Below are positions 23,716 through 37,400 of a DNA stretch of 64,000 bases, in pieces. A program made the position numbers and the translations under genes. Each line of letters opens with the position of its first letter. Position 1 is the first letter of the stretch. The notes beneath the pieces were generated by a model. The model saw nothing but the letters and a program-made list of their open reading frames with translations, ran no database searches and had not been told where the DNA came from. The DNA is taken from the NCBI GenBank assembly GCA_026025075.1, contig JAPEUI010000035.1:1-64000 (forward strand). Direction: 5' to 3'. This DNA comes from Vezdaea acicularis. Taxonomy: Eukaryota.

Positions 23716-25640
23716 TCAACTTATGTGCGCCTGCTCACGTGAATGTTCAACCTTCAAAAGATTTATCTCCAGTAACCGTATGTCCGAAAGCCCTGCCTGA
23801 ACACCATCCTCGCCTTCCTCCGCAGCTAAAGATCCAGCCAAGCCTTCCTTAAACACCGTGGCAACGTGATGCAGCGGTCTTAGAAACCTGTTTCCTATAT
23901 CATGCTTAGAGCTGAAAGATTGAACATCGAGCTTCTCCCGAAGCATAGTATGAGTGACCAGAAGGTAATAAAAGTTAAGCGCAGCCAAATAGAAGGGAAG
24001 GTTTGCTTTGAAGAGCATCCAGGCTTCAGCTAGCGGCTCTGGGGCTATTTGTGGGAAGAGATACGGCGCAAGCTCGTTAATAGCCACGGGCGTTCTAAAG
24101 ATTGAGTCATCGTCCTTTAGTATCTCTGTCTTCAACCATGATACAGCACTGCCTTTTAGGTTCTCGAACGGACAATTCTCAAGAGTATCGCGGATGAACA
24201 ACAAACGGACAACATCTGAGGGATGAGAATGAAGGGTTCGAGAAGTCAAGACATGGGCGTTGTATCGAAGGATTCCGGAAGGTGTATTTGCTGATAGGAG
24301 AGAGAGGTTTTGCAAATGCTGGTAGAAGACTTCGTCGCCTTCATAAGCAGGATCTCCAGGTGAGCAGGAGAAACCGATAGCTAGAACAGCGTCTATAATT
24401 GGCCCGGGTTCTCCCCCAATTGAGCCAGAGCCTCCAGCCTCTGCGCTCCCAATGAAGGTATGTGTGATAGCTGCATGATGAGGGAAGATCTGGAGGGAGG
24501 GTACCGAAAGAGAAGATCCAAAAAGCGTAGCAGACGCAATCCGAGCTACAAGGAGAAACAGCGAGCCTGTTTGGCTCAGAGGAATATCAGATGGAGAATT
24601 TGGAGGGCCCTCGTCAGAGGCTTCAATAACAGGGAGGATGATACAATCTAATAGGTCCTGGTTCGTGAGAGACAGGTCGAGTCCAAGTGCCTACGGCATG
24701 CAATTTAGCTCCACCCAATTCTCAGAAAGAGGGACCAGCATGCATCTCTCGTACTTACTACAAGCTGTCCCACAGTAGATTCTCGGGATTGAAACGCCTC
24801 ATCTTTGGCGAACCTTTGGGTGTAAGATTTCAAATTTTCCGCTTCCTTCTCATAGAGCCGCGCCGACCAGTAGAGACCGTCCGTTGATAAGATATAGTCC
24901 TCTAAGATATGGGTTGTGAATGACGCTAGGAGACGGGCTTGAAGAGCAGCTTCATTGGGCGCGGGAGCTTCATTGCCTTCCGGATCCGGCGCGTCCGAAG
25001 GGTTACTCAGAACACTGGATGATGACTGGCGATGTGGTAGGTGCGGGCGCTTTACTCCTGAGAGAGTCTTGATGAGTCGAATGACTTCGAATGTTATATC
25101 ATCCGCAGGGACAAACTTAACCGCGTCAGAGTATGTTGCGAGAACTGCGGTAAGAGACGTCGACAGGAACCGTGAAGGGTGAGCTGTGCGTATTCTTGGT
25201 TGGAGAGTAGTGAGGAGACCTATGAGTGTGAGGAACTTCGAGGTAGCCGTGGGCGTTTCGTGGTCGGCTTTCATAGCTGACGTAGATTCAGATGTATCAT
25301 CTACGGTCTTCTCTGCGATTTGAAGCTTTGTAATATTTGGCTCCTCTTCAGCATCACTACTCTCCTCAAACTTCAGATCGCGCAGTGCTTCGCAGATCTT
25401 CAAGACACACTCTCGAGGATTCCCATATTTCCCAACGATTTGAAGGCATTCTTCACTACCATGAAGTGGCAGCAGTAGGCCAATGAGGTCCCAGCCGACG
25501 GAAGAAGTGAGCTGCGGAGTGAGTAGCTTTGCGAGCTCAGGAAGAAGCTCTGGCGATATATAGGTGCTCAGGATTGTAAGCCAACTGATATCGTCCACGG
25601 CTGGAGGCACGGAAGACTTTATGGCACTAAGAGGATCCAT
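23716..25640 (-). CDS. Ybp1/YAP-binding/ALF4/glomulin-family (DUF1760) protein (2 exons)
   Basis: GWDL..LL, ECL......GNPRE.(V/I)L and TAHPSRFLSTSL motifs, and C-terminal LR..A...LT..LH.HP...R...IRDTLE.CP.ENLK..AVSWLK. One intron near 24691-24757. Confidence 0.8.
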
Positions 25641-25894
25641 GTTGGCGAGCTTTAGACTTCAGGCGCGACTCTAAGCTAAAATCAGGATGTAACCCTTACG
25701 AAGATATCAACGAAGTTTGCGGCAAATGCGCTTAAGGCCCCGAGGGTTGTTGGCGTTCCAAGCTCGCTCTATTACGAGATTGTACAGTACGTTCATTTCT
25801 AGGAGTATGACAAACATCTCACAGTTCGAACACGCATGCTACTCAAATGGCACATTGCCACGCGTTTCACCGGCCAGGTGTTGTATAGAAATAT

Positions 25895-28005
25895 TCAAAT
25901 GATTGTGGTTCCAAACATTCTCCATCTCCTTCCCCAATCGACTTCCTCATTCTCGTTTTCGCTCTGAATTCGTACTCCATATGCTCTGAGACAACAGTCA
26001 AATGGTACACCGGAGGCTTGCTTGAAACCCGAATTGTCCATCTTCATCTGTCCGCTGCGCTCATACGCATCATCTGCCTGCAAGACAGAAACTGACTTTT
26101 TCTCCTCGAGATCACCCCAGAGAATGAAGAGTTGTTCGCGGAGCTTGGCCAGAGCTGCTGGATTGCGGCGCAAACTTAGTCTCCTTGTCAGCAATCATTC
26201 GAATATTTGAGCTTTTCGCGAGCATACTTTGTTGCATCTAGTTTCAGAAGATATTCTGCATCCTCATCTGCGACAATGACTTTCATACCTCTGATTTTTC
26301 CCTCCTTTCTAGGGCTATCAAGGCTGGCATCTTCTAGAAGTAAGCAAAACCGCCAGCGCCATGTTATACCAGAATCCGAGTTTGTCTTGTCCAGCGAAGA
26401 CACATCAAGCTCTAGATCACCTTCGTAATCGGAAAGCACATCATACTCAGAATGAGCGTAAGGAACAGCAAAGTCTTCAATCCTGGGTGGGAAAAAATCA
26501 ACGACCCGTACCCTATGACGAGACTGCAAGTTCTGAAAGGGAAGATGCCAAGATTTCCCTCCAGCACTTCTGATTTCATCCTGAGACCTTTGAACGAGAT
26601 GGGTGAGTGATGTGAACGATCTTTCAGGATCCCGTGCTCGAACTATTCGTTGGAGGTCAGAAGAGCGACATTTAAGGCTGAATTCGTTAAACGTACCATG
26701 CTTGTTACTGTGGTGCTTAGTAACATCCACAACGCTACTTTCTTCCAAACTAGCAGATACAATCTTCCCTTTTGCTTTGCTTTTCTTCTTTGGCCTTCCT
26801 TTAGGCTCCCTGTCGTCTTTTGGTCCCACTTTCCTCTTCCGGCCATCTAGAACTTCATAGTACTGTCTCTTTTGGACTTTCACTCTATCCTCATACTCTT
26901 TCTTCCTACGCAACACATCCTTGACGCGGTCGTTCGTCAGTTCGAGGTGCGAGATGCCTACCTTATCGCGGTATGTTTGATCAGTATGTAAGGCTCCTTC
27001 GAAATACCCCATCTGGCTCATCTTGATGCGCACATTCTTCAAGGATATCCAGTCGTTAGCCTTGAGGTTTTCTCTCGCAAATTCGGCATGAGGCGGCCAG
27101 AGAACCAGCGAGAGTGTCAGCTTTCCATACGGTCCACGCCACTCTGTGTCCGCTGGAGTTCGACGCTTCTTAAGGGGAGCAAACTCGCTCAATCGCCCCT
27201 TCGTCTCCTCCTCCATGTATGCCTCCCCAGCAAGAGCATAATGGTATAGGTTATCATTGCTGGTATAATCAGTAAGGTACAATTCGCATTTGCCATCACC
27301 AGCGAAAATCTTCACGACTTGGCCGACAAGGTCATAGTAATAATTTACTTGAATATCTTTGATCAAGGAAAACCTCTCTCGGACCACTACAAATGTGGCT
27401 GTAGACGGTCGCTCCAGCTTAGGAGGATCGACGGGTAAGGTGAAAGTGCTCCGGTCTCGTGAATTACATATGTCAATCGCATACGCATACTCAGCAGAAG
27501 ATATTCTCTTCCTCTGGTCGCTAGTGATGTAAGGGAAGCTCTGGCTGGCAGGGGATCCTCCTACAGGGACGTTGCTTGCTGCAAAAACCGTCCAAGTCGT
27601 AGACCAGCTCGCGAGTAATATCGGTACGCTGGACCAAGTGATAACCTGAAAAAGACTTTAGCTCAAATGCTACACAAATGCTGTTGGTGCAAGGGTTTGC
27701 ACTTTTATTCTATGTAAGATCACAACGTCGCCGGTTCCTCGTATTGTCGGAAGACGGTCCTGCTCTTTATAGAAGAACCTGACCTCTATGGGTGTGTAAG
27801 TGAAAGTGCTATCTTCGATATAAAAGACTAGCTTTATGTCTGTTCCCTGTCAGTGACAAATGAGACTCTGCCTAATACATCATTTACCTCCTTTTGCTGT
27901 AAATCTAAGGGGCTCGAAATTGGTGACCACCCCCATGACCGAGACTTCTTTCCCCATGTTTTTAGTGATTGCACTCAGAGGCAAGAACCCTGGCGGATGC
28001 GCCAT
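25895..28005 (-). CDS. POT1: Protection of telomeres 1 (OB-fold telomeric ssDNA-binding protein), multi-exon
   Basis: N-terminal VSVMGVV.....P, GDVVIL, F.LIKDI....YYDLVGQV, LY.TDYT.N, W.GP.G, LPFQN....RVRVVDFFP, and C-terminal F.CC...YGV...W.MFGTTI. Confidence 0.85.
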
Positions 28006-29012
28006 ATCTAACATAAAAAGTCTTCCGCCCTCGGTAGCTCGCAAGATGAAGCAACTGAATGCTAAGCAAACAGTTGTCACGGAAGGCAGTGGGTTGGTAT
28101 TGGGTCACGCGACGGGGTGTCATAGAAGACGGGCTCCTGCAAAGATCCTGGGCCTATGTAGAATGCTTGTGTCACGCATGCGTTCATCTTCCTCCTTGGG
28201 ATGCGCTCAGTCTGCCCTTCTCCATCGGTGATGCAATAGGCTTGCCATTGAGAAATAATTGCGCTTTAGTTATAGGGCATGTTAATATCGAGTATCACAT
28301 TTGCGTGCGAAAGACGCGTTCTCGGCAAAAGACTGACGCGAGCTGGCAGAGACTCTCCAACAATGATTAGTTTTGCCCTGAACCATGCATTGGTATTATG
28401 ACCTTAAATTGAGTCACTGCAGTCGAAACTTTTAAAACTTCAAGATTTTGGCTATTTTATTGCTGTGGTGCTAGAAGTTGAATAAGTCCATCGGCCCGAG
28501 AGATTACTTTGTAAAGACGAACAACATTACCTTCTTCGGTCCATGAAACAAAGAATCCATATTGTTTGAGGGATGCGGCAATCAATCCGCACTGGTACTT
28601 ATCGACTATTTGAATATGGCATGATCCTCTTGCAGCTTTTGCAATGACAAATCTTGCGAGGCTGAGTAGCGCTCTGCTCGAGGTTTTGGTTTAAGAGCCG
28701 TGATAGATTCGCAGGCCCTTCAATTTGATTGCGCGCACATAAGGATTGATTCGGCTGCCGTGTAGCACGTGACTATAATCTTCGACGCCATGGATTTCAC
28801 CTTTAGCTCTCGACTAACTTATCGCCTGTTGTGGGTTGTGTGTTCGGTATTCCTCGTTCTCTCAAATCCATACAAGCTTGACCGCGCACCACCATTCTTT
28901 TCCCCAACCCGATCGCTGCATCATCTGGGATAAAGTTCAAGGGCTGCGTTCTTCATCTTTCAGACTACTTCGTATAAGCTTGTAGGGCACCAACGTCGGA
29001 AGACGTCATCTG

Positions 29013-30989
29013 ATGAACATGTCGGACCGCTATATTCCAGAGCATCGTCGTACCCAGTTCAAGGCTAAAGGAAGTTTCAAGCCCGATGAGCTTCGACGCC
29101 GCCGTGAGGAGCAACAGGTAGAAATTCGCAAGGCTAAGAGAGAGGAGAATCTTGCAAAGCGGAGAGGCATTGCCGGCAGAGACGGCGGTGTCACAGCAGG
29201 TCCGGGTGCTTCTTTGGGAGCCGCTCCAGACAGCGACGATGAAGGTGGGAATATTGAGAGCCAGGTTCGTTTGCAGATCTTTTCACTTATTTTGCCCGTC
29301 AAATACCGAGCTCATGGGGGATTACTGTTCTGCTGCCTCTTGTCATCATTTGCTTCACTTTCACTTCCATTGGATGTACAGGGCGAACCAGCTACAGGAT
29401 ATTCCATGTATCCGATTTTCATTTTTACCACTGCATGCATTGAGTGTATTCCAGCTATTAGCCTTGAAGCTCTTGGATTGACAGAAACAACATTTCTAGT
29501 TGAATGAAGAGCTTCCCCTTATGGTCCAGGGTGTCTTTTCGGACCAAATCGATTCCCAAATCCAAGCTACCACTAAGTTTCGAAAACTCCTCTCTAAGGA
29601 GCGCAACCCGCCTATCGAACGTGTCATTGAGACTGGTGTGGTCAGCCGTTTCGTTACGTTCCTACGGTCGCCTCACACACTTGTCCAATTTGAAGCGGCC
29701 TGGGCACTTACCAACATCGCTTCCGGTTCTGCCGCCCAGACACAGGTTGTTATTGAGGCTGGTGCTGTCCCAGTTTTTGTAGAGTTGCTTAGCAGCCACG
29801 AACCGGATGTCAGGGAACAAGCTGTCTGGGCTCTTGGCAATATCGCCGGTGATAGCCCTACGTGCCGAGACTACGTTTTAGGCGCAGGTGCATTGAAGCC
29901 ACTTCTGAACTTACTAGGAGACAGCCGTAAGTTGAGTATGCTTCGAAACGCGACCTGGACTCTCAGCAACTTCTGCCGTGGGAAGACGCCCCAGCCAGAT
30001 TGGAATACTGTAAGCCTACTTTTGAAGATTCACTCTCCAAAACGTCCTTATATCTAATGATCAGATAGATTATGCCAGCTCTCCCTGTCCTCTCGAAGCT
30101 TGTGTACTCCCTGGACGACGAAGTCCTTATCGATGCCTGCTGGGCCATCTCATATCTTTCAGACGGTGCAAATGACAAGATTCAAGCTGTTATAGAAGCA
30201 GGAATCCCTCGACGCCTCGTGGAATTGCTCATGCATGCTTCGACTTCTGTCCAGACTCCGGCGCTCCGCTCCGTTGGAAATATTGTAACAGGTGATGATG
30301 TCCAAACTCAAGTTATCATCAACAACGGGTCGCTTCCAGCACTCCTCTCCTTATTGAGCTCCCAGAAAGATGGCATCAGGAAGGAGGCTTGTTGGACCAT
30401 CTCGAATATCACTGCGGGGAATTCCACCCAGATTCAAGCTGTGATTGATGCAAACATCATCCCTCCTCTCATTCATCTATTGGCGAATGGAGACTTCAAG
30501 ACTCGGAAGGAAGCTTGTTGGGCTATCTCTAATGCCACCTCTGGCGGGCTGCAGAAGCCGGATCAGATTCGTTATCTAGTCAGCCAAGGTTGTATCAAAC
30601 CATTATGCGAACTACTCACATGCCCGGACAATAAGATCATCCAGGTTGCTCTTGATGGCCTGGAGAATATCCTCAAAGTTGGGGACATGGATAAGGAGGC
30701 TGCTGAGAACCCTGCTGAACAGAATATTAACCGCTATGCTCTCTTCATTGAAGAGGCTGGAGGTATGGAAAAGATTCATGACTGCCAAAACAATGCCAAC
30801 GAGGAGATCTACATGAAGGCTTACAATATCATCGAGAAATACTTTTCAGATGAGGACGACGCGGCTGGCGATATCAACGAATTAGCCCCGCAGACTCAGG
30901 GCGAAGGCGGTACATTCGGCTTCGGAGCGCAAACTCAAACTCAGGGCCAATTCAACTTCGCCAATGGCAGCGACTCCATGGACATGTAA
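29013..30989 (+). CDS. SRP1: Importin subunit alpha (3 exons; start 29013 or 29019)
   Basis: IBB domain ([26 protein letters not shown]) and ARM repeats ([27 protein letters not shown]). Introns at 29265-29499 and about 30010-30069. Confidence 0.97.
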
Positions 30990-31917
30990 AGGCTGGCAGT
31001 TCGCTTTGCAGTCACTCTTCAGACGATTCTGGCTCGACTTAGGAAGGACCTTACTCCTCCCATACACGCCAGCGCACAAAGAGGGGCCATGAGTACGATG
31101 CGAGGAATAAGTCCTCAGCTGTAGTACGAGCATTCGCAAGTAGTCTGACCTAGCAGACAGAGCCATCAATCGCTCCCTCGAAAGCCGTTCTATCACGTCA
31201 CATTCCATACTGTGTTTAGAGACACTCTACCCCTCCCACCCCCAGCCAACCCTTCACAACCTATCCCCCTCAGGAACGACACTTCACATGCCCCTTCCCC
31301 TGGTCCCTCGCAAAATCCCCCGCACGTCTCATCACGATGTTTGGTTATCCAAGATTCACAGTCATGTACCCCCTTTATGTTTTAAGCATTCCCTCGAGTC
31401 ACCGGCACAAAACTCCAGCATCTTCCCTGTACGGCGCGTTCATTTTTGTGTCGTCCCCTTACTACTGCTGGGCGTGAAAGGTCTACAGCCGTCGCTTTTC
31501 TACTAAAAACACGGTCTGCGAAGGACAATTGATGGCTGAGATGTAACTAGCTTTAACGAAGCACCTGCAATGGACTGCTCTCTCCAAAGTAAAAACATGA
31601 TTTCGTGATCGCCCTAGGCGCTAAACAAACCAAGATCAGCAAAACTTAGTGCAAAGTACAAAGTGGATAAAGTTGGAGTACGAAGGAATCCTAGATTGAG
31701 GTGACCAAGCACGCGATTGAGAATCGACTTCCTAATCTTGATTGAATTAAGAGTAATCGCTTGCTTTTTGGAGATTGTTGCCTCCCTTGTATTTCTTTTT
31801 CACACTTTGGTATTTTCGCCCTTTATGGTCGACGCCCAAACTTGCCTAACCGAAGCTCTAACTTTCTATGGAATCCAGCCGCAAGATTTCTCATCGTAAA
31901 GTCTAAGAGCAGCAGAT

Positions 31918-32919
31918 ATGCCACACAAGCATCGAAGGTCCAAGGTCGTTGGTAACATCAAGTGAGTTACCGTAAAGTCCTGTTCAATTGACACACTACT
32001 GTATCGTATAATCGAGAGCTGAGCAATTGCCAGCACCGCCAATCTGCCTCCCACTATCCTCGCAAAGCCCCTCCCCGCTACAAATTCTTCTGGAATAGTT
32101 ACGGAGCTCTCGCTTTCCCCTAGGCGTAAATTCAGAGAACGGAAGAAGAGGAAGGGCAATACGGCTGAAGATGATACTCCAAAAGCTTTCCTGCGCCTTA
32201 TGAGCCTCGCCAAGACGGGGAAATTTCCGAATGGCCTCGACGACGGAGCGCCAAAGCTAAGCAAGAAACGGAAAAGTCCCTTCAATGAAGCGCTCCCTGC
32301 TGCTATCAAAGGTTTTAGGAAAGAAGTTGCTAACGCAAATCTAATTATCCGCCCGAGCGAGAAGCTTTCGGAGTTTTCGGCACGAGTTGACCAACAACTA
32401 CCTGTCTCAGGATTGGTGTCGCGCAATAAGGGAAGAAAAATTGCTGGTGCGGTTGGGGAGCGGACTACAAAACATACAAGGAAGCTACAAAGGATGCAAC
32501 GGGAGTGGCATGAGGAAGAGGAGCGGCGGAAAGAAAAACGCAAAGAGGCCGAAGAAGAGAGAATCGAGCTCGAGGCTGGTATGGGCTTGATAGACGGAGA
32601 TGCTGCATTTGGGGCTGGGGGGAAGAAGAGGAAGAGGAAGAAAATGGATAGGAATGTGGGCGCTTCGGATGTTGTTGACGAGGATCCGTGGGCGAGACTC
32701 AAAACTGTGCGGGGAGAAGAGAGGAGAGGGTTGAATGACGTGGTAAAGGCACCACCGGTCTTCACGAATATCCCCAAAGAGAAGTTCAAGGAATTGCCCA
32801 AGAAAATTCGGAGTTTAAAGGAAAAGGAAGATTTAGGCATGTTAAGGGAAGGCTTAGTGGAGAATTATAGACAGATCATGGCAGGTAGGAGAGGTGTAAA
32901 TAAGGATACTCTTAGATAA
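31918..32919 (+). CDS. Basic/coiled-coil protein resembling UPF0653/CCDC137-like family (2 exons)
   Basis: MPHKHRR start, intron about 31962-32033, then LPP..LAKPLP, DDTPKAF.RLM, I.P.E.LS.FSARVDQ.LP, EDPW..L and L.DVV.APP. Confidence 0.75.
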
Positions 32920-32941
32920 TGTGTTTTGTACTTGATGGATC

Positions 32942-33919
32942 TCACTTCATGCAAAGTAGAGCACCTTCACCGAATTCTACTTCAACGGTACCCTCGTCTC
33001 TCAACATCCCTCCAAGCCAAATTCGTGCCCCTTCCACCGCCTCAGCACCAAACTTGACTAACACAAATCCCCGCGTGGCAGCAGCCGTCCAGAGAACTCC
33101 ATCTTGCTTCTCTTGTGCGCGTCTTGATGCTCGTTTCGCTTCTAGAGGCGAAAGCTTTGGTTCTTCGTTTATTGTTGTCCAGTTCCTTCCGCCAATCCGG
33201 GGAAGAGCTGTGAATTCGTCGAGGAAGTATTGCATAAGATGGCTGAATACAGGCCCATATAAGATCAAGGTGCCAAATACGCCTAACCCGTCCATCTGCT
33301 CATGAAGAGGGATAGTAGTGCCTCGCATTCTGTCTCCTTCGAGTATCATATAGTCTCTCAAGAGTAATCTCTCTCTTATTAATGGAGATGCGATCCTCCA
33401 AACCTCGTTCTTTCCCTTCCAACCCCACAGACCCCATTTCTCACCCCGAGCTGTTCGTCCTTCCGATAGCCAGTCCAAGACGCAGATACTCGCTTTCGAG
33501 TAATTGATGTGAAAGATCTGCTTTTGTTCGAAGATGCTCTCGTTGAAGGGCTGGACAGGGTCAGGAAGGTAACATAGCGCTCCGTCCTCTGGTATTTGTA
33601 CATTGAAATTTTGCCGTGAGACTATATCGCGATTTGGGGCTTTGAAGAGCTTCATGGAGCCCTGTGTTACTAAGGCAAGCTTTGCGTTTGAGCGGATTGA
33701 TATATCCAGGGTGACGCTGTCACCAGCCACCAATCCTCCTCCATAAGTCAGAAGGAAAACAAGGATGCTCCCACAATTCGATAAAGTCGATGGAGAGATC
33801 AACTTTAGTGGATAGGTATATGATAGACTTCTGAGAGTGAGTGTATTAGGGGGAAGTATAGCTACTTCTATCGTACCATGGCCTGTCTTTGACGAGGTCA
33901 CAGGGAAAGGGCTGGACAT
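32942..33919 (-). CDS. ureD: Urease accessory protein UreD
   Basis: MSSPF start, YTYPLKLISP, LTYGGGLVAGD, TQGS.K, LPDPVQPF..S and LDW..EGR.ARGE.W. Confidence 0.92.
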   Translation of the reverse strand: MSSPFPVTSSKTGHGTIEVAILPPNTLTLRSLSYTYPLKLISPSTLSNCGSILVFLLTYGGGLVAGDSVTLDISIRSNAKLALVTQGSMKLFKAPNRDIVSRQNFNVQIPEDGALCYLPDPVQPFNESIFEQKQIFHINYSKASICVLDWLSEGRTARGEKWGLWGWKGKNEVWRIASPLIRERLLLRDYMILEGDRMRGTTIPLHEQMDGLGVFGTLILYGPVFSHLMQYFLDEFTALPRIGGRNWTTINEEPKLSPLEAKRASRRAQEKQDGVLWTAAATRGFVLVKFGAEAVEGARIWLGGMLRDEGTVEVEFGEGALLCMK

Positions 33920-34428
33920 TCCGCGATCGATAGGAGGATTGAGCCATGCGGAGTGCGTGCACTTGTACACCTAGCCGTATTTCCTCACACAAATTGATCT
34001 TGCATCTCCTCGTCGTGCCTGTCCGGAAAAGTTAGTGGAAAATGCGGTCATCAGAAGGTAAAGATGCGGTACGGCGAACTGGAAGGTATCATTATGCGTG
34101 TTGAGGGGCAGGTCAGCTGATTCATTCCTCACTCAAGGTCACATAAGATACTCTGATCTTTCATGGTTTAAAAAAATTGGCTACGGGGGTCGTCTGTCTT
34201 TTTTTGTCTTATCAGGGGTCTTCAATACCTCGAAGTGGAGCTCAAGTCCAGCTTTGGTTTCATAAGATCTTCTGAGTCGCGAAACTTCGTCGCTTCGTCT
34301 GAAATTGGTGCCAACACGTCCCCCAATGTATCTTAAGCACCGCGATCCCATTGCCAAACCCGCAGATCTTATTTTCACGACTCTCAGCATAGTACCATTC
34401 TCCTTGGTCCTATTTAATTGATGACCTA

Positions 34429-37400
34429 ATGCCCGCACGTCTGTCTAGTATGGACATATCCGACGACAATGTTGTCTCAAACCACAGCGACGCGCCCACC
34501 CCCAACGATGCGACCAATCGAAGAAAATCTGGACGCGTGGTGAAGAAGACACAGCATTTTGTTCCAGATGCTGCCGCATTACTAAATGGAAAGCGCAAAC
34601 GCGCCTTCGGCCAGGACGATGGGGAAGACGGAGATGGAGACGGAGGCGCGTCAGAAGAAGACTCGGACGATGTGGGCAGCGAAGGCGAAGCGGATGATGA
34701 AGAGCTGGCAGAGAAGAAGCGCAAATATAAGGCGAAGAGCAAGGCCCAGCGTAAGCCTGCCGCGAAGAAGACTAAGATAGTTAATGGAGGCGCGGTGCGG
34801 AAGTCGGCATTGAAGAGTTTGGCACATCGGCCAGCGCAAAAACCTAGGAAAGCACGCGCGCGCAAAAGTGGGGATAGTGACGAGGACAGCGGTCTATTCG
34901 GTACGGTCACGCAAGCTATCCTTACTCTTTCTATGGGTGACTAATTCATCCTAGGTGAAGTCTTTTCTGGAACACACACAATGGAGTCCGCGGCTGCACA
35001 ATGGGTCTCGTCCTACGAAAGACACAATTCACAGGGTATGCGGGATATGGTCAATTTTGTTCTAAAAAGTGCTGGTTGCGACTTAGAAGTCACTGAACAC
35101 GACATCGAGGATCAAGATAACGTGACCGGCAAACTGGGCGACTTACAAGATGAGTATCAAGCTGTGAGTGTCACTTGGGACAGGATCCAATCATCTTCTG
35201 ACTCGATATAGCAAAACATAACCCACTATCCGCTCATATCAAAAGGAAGGTTTACACCTCAAGGCTTTCGCAATACTCTTGTGGGTTTCGTCGACGCATT
35301 GGTCGCTACAACTAATGCATCTTCGATCTTGTATGACGACCTCGCACTTATAGAGAATCTTCAAATCTGGGTCACTACAATGTCTTCATCCGCAATTCGA
35401 CCTTTCAGACATACTGCCACAGTTGTATCTTTAGCACTTGTGACTTCCCTTTGCGCCATAGCAGCGAAGGTTGAAGAGAACACAGCGAAGACTCTGAGAC
35501 AAATGGATAATGAGAAGAGGAGTAAAAGGGTTAATAAAGGAAGGGTAAGCGCACTGCAACGTACGATTGACCAAGGGAATAAGAAGCGCGAGACACTAGA
35601 AGGGATTATTAAGGATATTTTTGACACTGTCTTCGTCCATCGCTACAGAGACGTTGACGCCAAGATTCGGACTGACTGTGTCCAAGCCCTTGGAGGATGG
35701 ATCCTTTCATTACCGAGTCTTTTCTTCGAGGGGACATATCTGAAGTACATAGGATGGCTGTTGTCTGATGCTAATGCAACCACTCGAGCAGAAGTCGTGA
35801 GACAGTTGCAGAAGCTTTTCCGAAATAAGGACTTCATCGCAGGTTTAAGAACATTCACGGAGCGATTTCGACCGCGGCTGGTAGAAATGGCGACCCGAGA
35901 TGTTGATTCGAACGTTCGAGCCTTGGCTGTTGAGGTGCTCGACTTAATCCGCGAGGCGGGACTGATGGAACCGGATGATGTTGACACCATCGGTAGACTT
36001 CTTTTCGACTCTGAGCCTCGCGTGCGAAAGGCTGTGGTCGGCTTTTTTGTTGAGAACGTAAAAGATATATATACTTCGAAGATAGAAGAGCTCGGTGGAG
36101 AAGACTTTATCGAGGAAGGGCTAGCGCGAGACGGCGAAGAGGACTTTGATAACCCGCGGATTTCGTGGATCATGCTCAAGTCTCTTGCCGAAGTCTTGAA
36201 GTCCTACGACTCAGAAGATGGAGAGGACTTCCCAAGTCAGATTGAGCGAGGGCCCAAAGGTGCAAATGATATTCTCATAGCTGCTGGAGTTGAATCGAGA
36301 TTTTCCCTAGCCACTCAAGCGTTATACGAGTATTTCCCTGAGATCAAAGAATGGGAGATTCTTGCGGGTTACGTCCTTTTCGACCATTCAGGAATGAACA
36401 ATGGTTCAAGGGGTAAAGACGACGCCGAAACCACACTCAAACGGGCTTGCAAACTTGACGAGAAAGAAGAGATCATTCTCTTGGAGGTACTGAATGTGGC
36501 TGTGAAGCTCACCCTAACTTTAGCAGAGGATAGTGAAACAGGGAAGAAAGTCAAAAAGTCTAGAACACTCAAGGGGGAATCTCTAGAAATTCAAGAAGCC
36601 ACCGCAAGGCATCTTGCACAACTGATTCCGAGGCTACTACGCAAATTTGGCGCTCTCCCCGAAGCAGCTTCAGCAGTGCTCAGGCTGGAGCATGTTCTAA
36701 ATCTGGACGTTTTCCAAGAGCTCCGCCAGGACTCCACGACCTATTCCGCACTTTTAGACGATATCAACAAGCAGTTCCTCACACATGGTAACCAAGACGT
36801 ACTTGCTGAAGCAAGTGCGGCGTTGCTCCATGCAAGGGGATTTGAAGACTTGGGGGAAATCACAGAAGGGAAAGTTCAGTCATTGTGGGACGACACGATT
36901 AACACGCTGCAGAGTCTTGTTGCTGATAATGACATTTCAACGCGAGGCAAAATGGGCGGTGCTATGCTCACAGGTCTTATGAACACGACCCGAAGAATCA
37001 GCAGCCTCGCAGGCATATCTGATTGTGTCGAGATTATGGAGCAGGTTCCTCACGCCACAAGAAGGCGAAGTAAAGGCACCAAGAGCTCGATGACGCCACT
37101 CAACATACTTCTCGCCATATCAAGTAGGGGGGCTCTGAACGAAGACCTAGAGCTTGATGAGTCTATTGAAGATTTAGAGGAAGAGCTAGTCGTAGCAGCA
37201 CTCAAATCGTTACTCATATATTTCATGTGGAAATTTTCTTCTTTCCAGAAAATGATCTCGGAGGGTAAAGAGATTCCTGACATCGAAGTTGATAATGTGG
37301 AAGATAACCGGAACGCTTTCGCAAGACGCCTCACATCAATCATCAGAACAAGGGTTGGGCTCGATAATCTTCGTACTGCCGCCGCTGGCACTTTATTGGA

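Noticed and set aside
29265..29499. Long introns of importin-alpha and TFC3 (38612-38839) as snoRNA hosts
   Set aside because: No convincing C/D or H/ACA box arrangement recognisable by eye.
31866..32840. 324-aa minus-strand ORF
   Set aside because: Phe/Ser/Leu-rich antisense shadow of the Lys/Glu/Arg-rich plus-strand gene, with no motifs.
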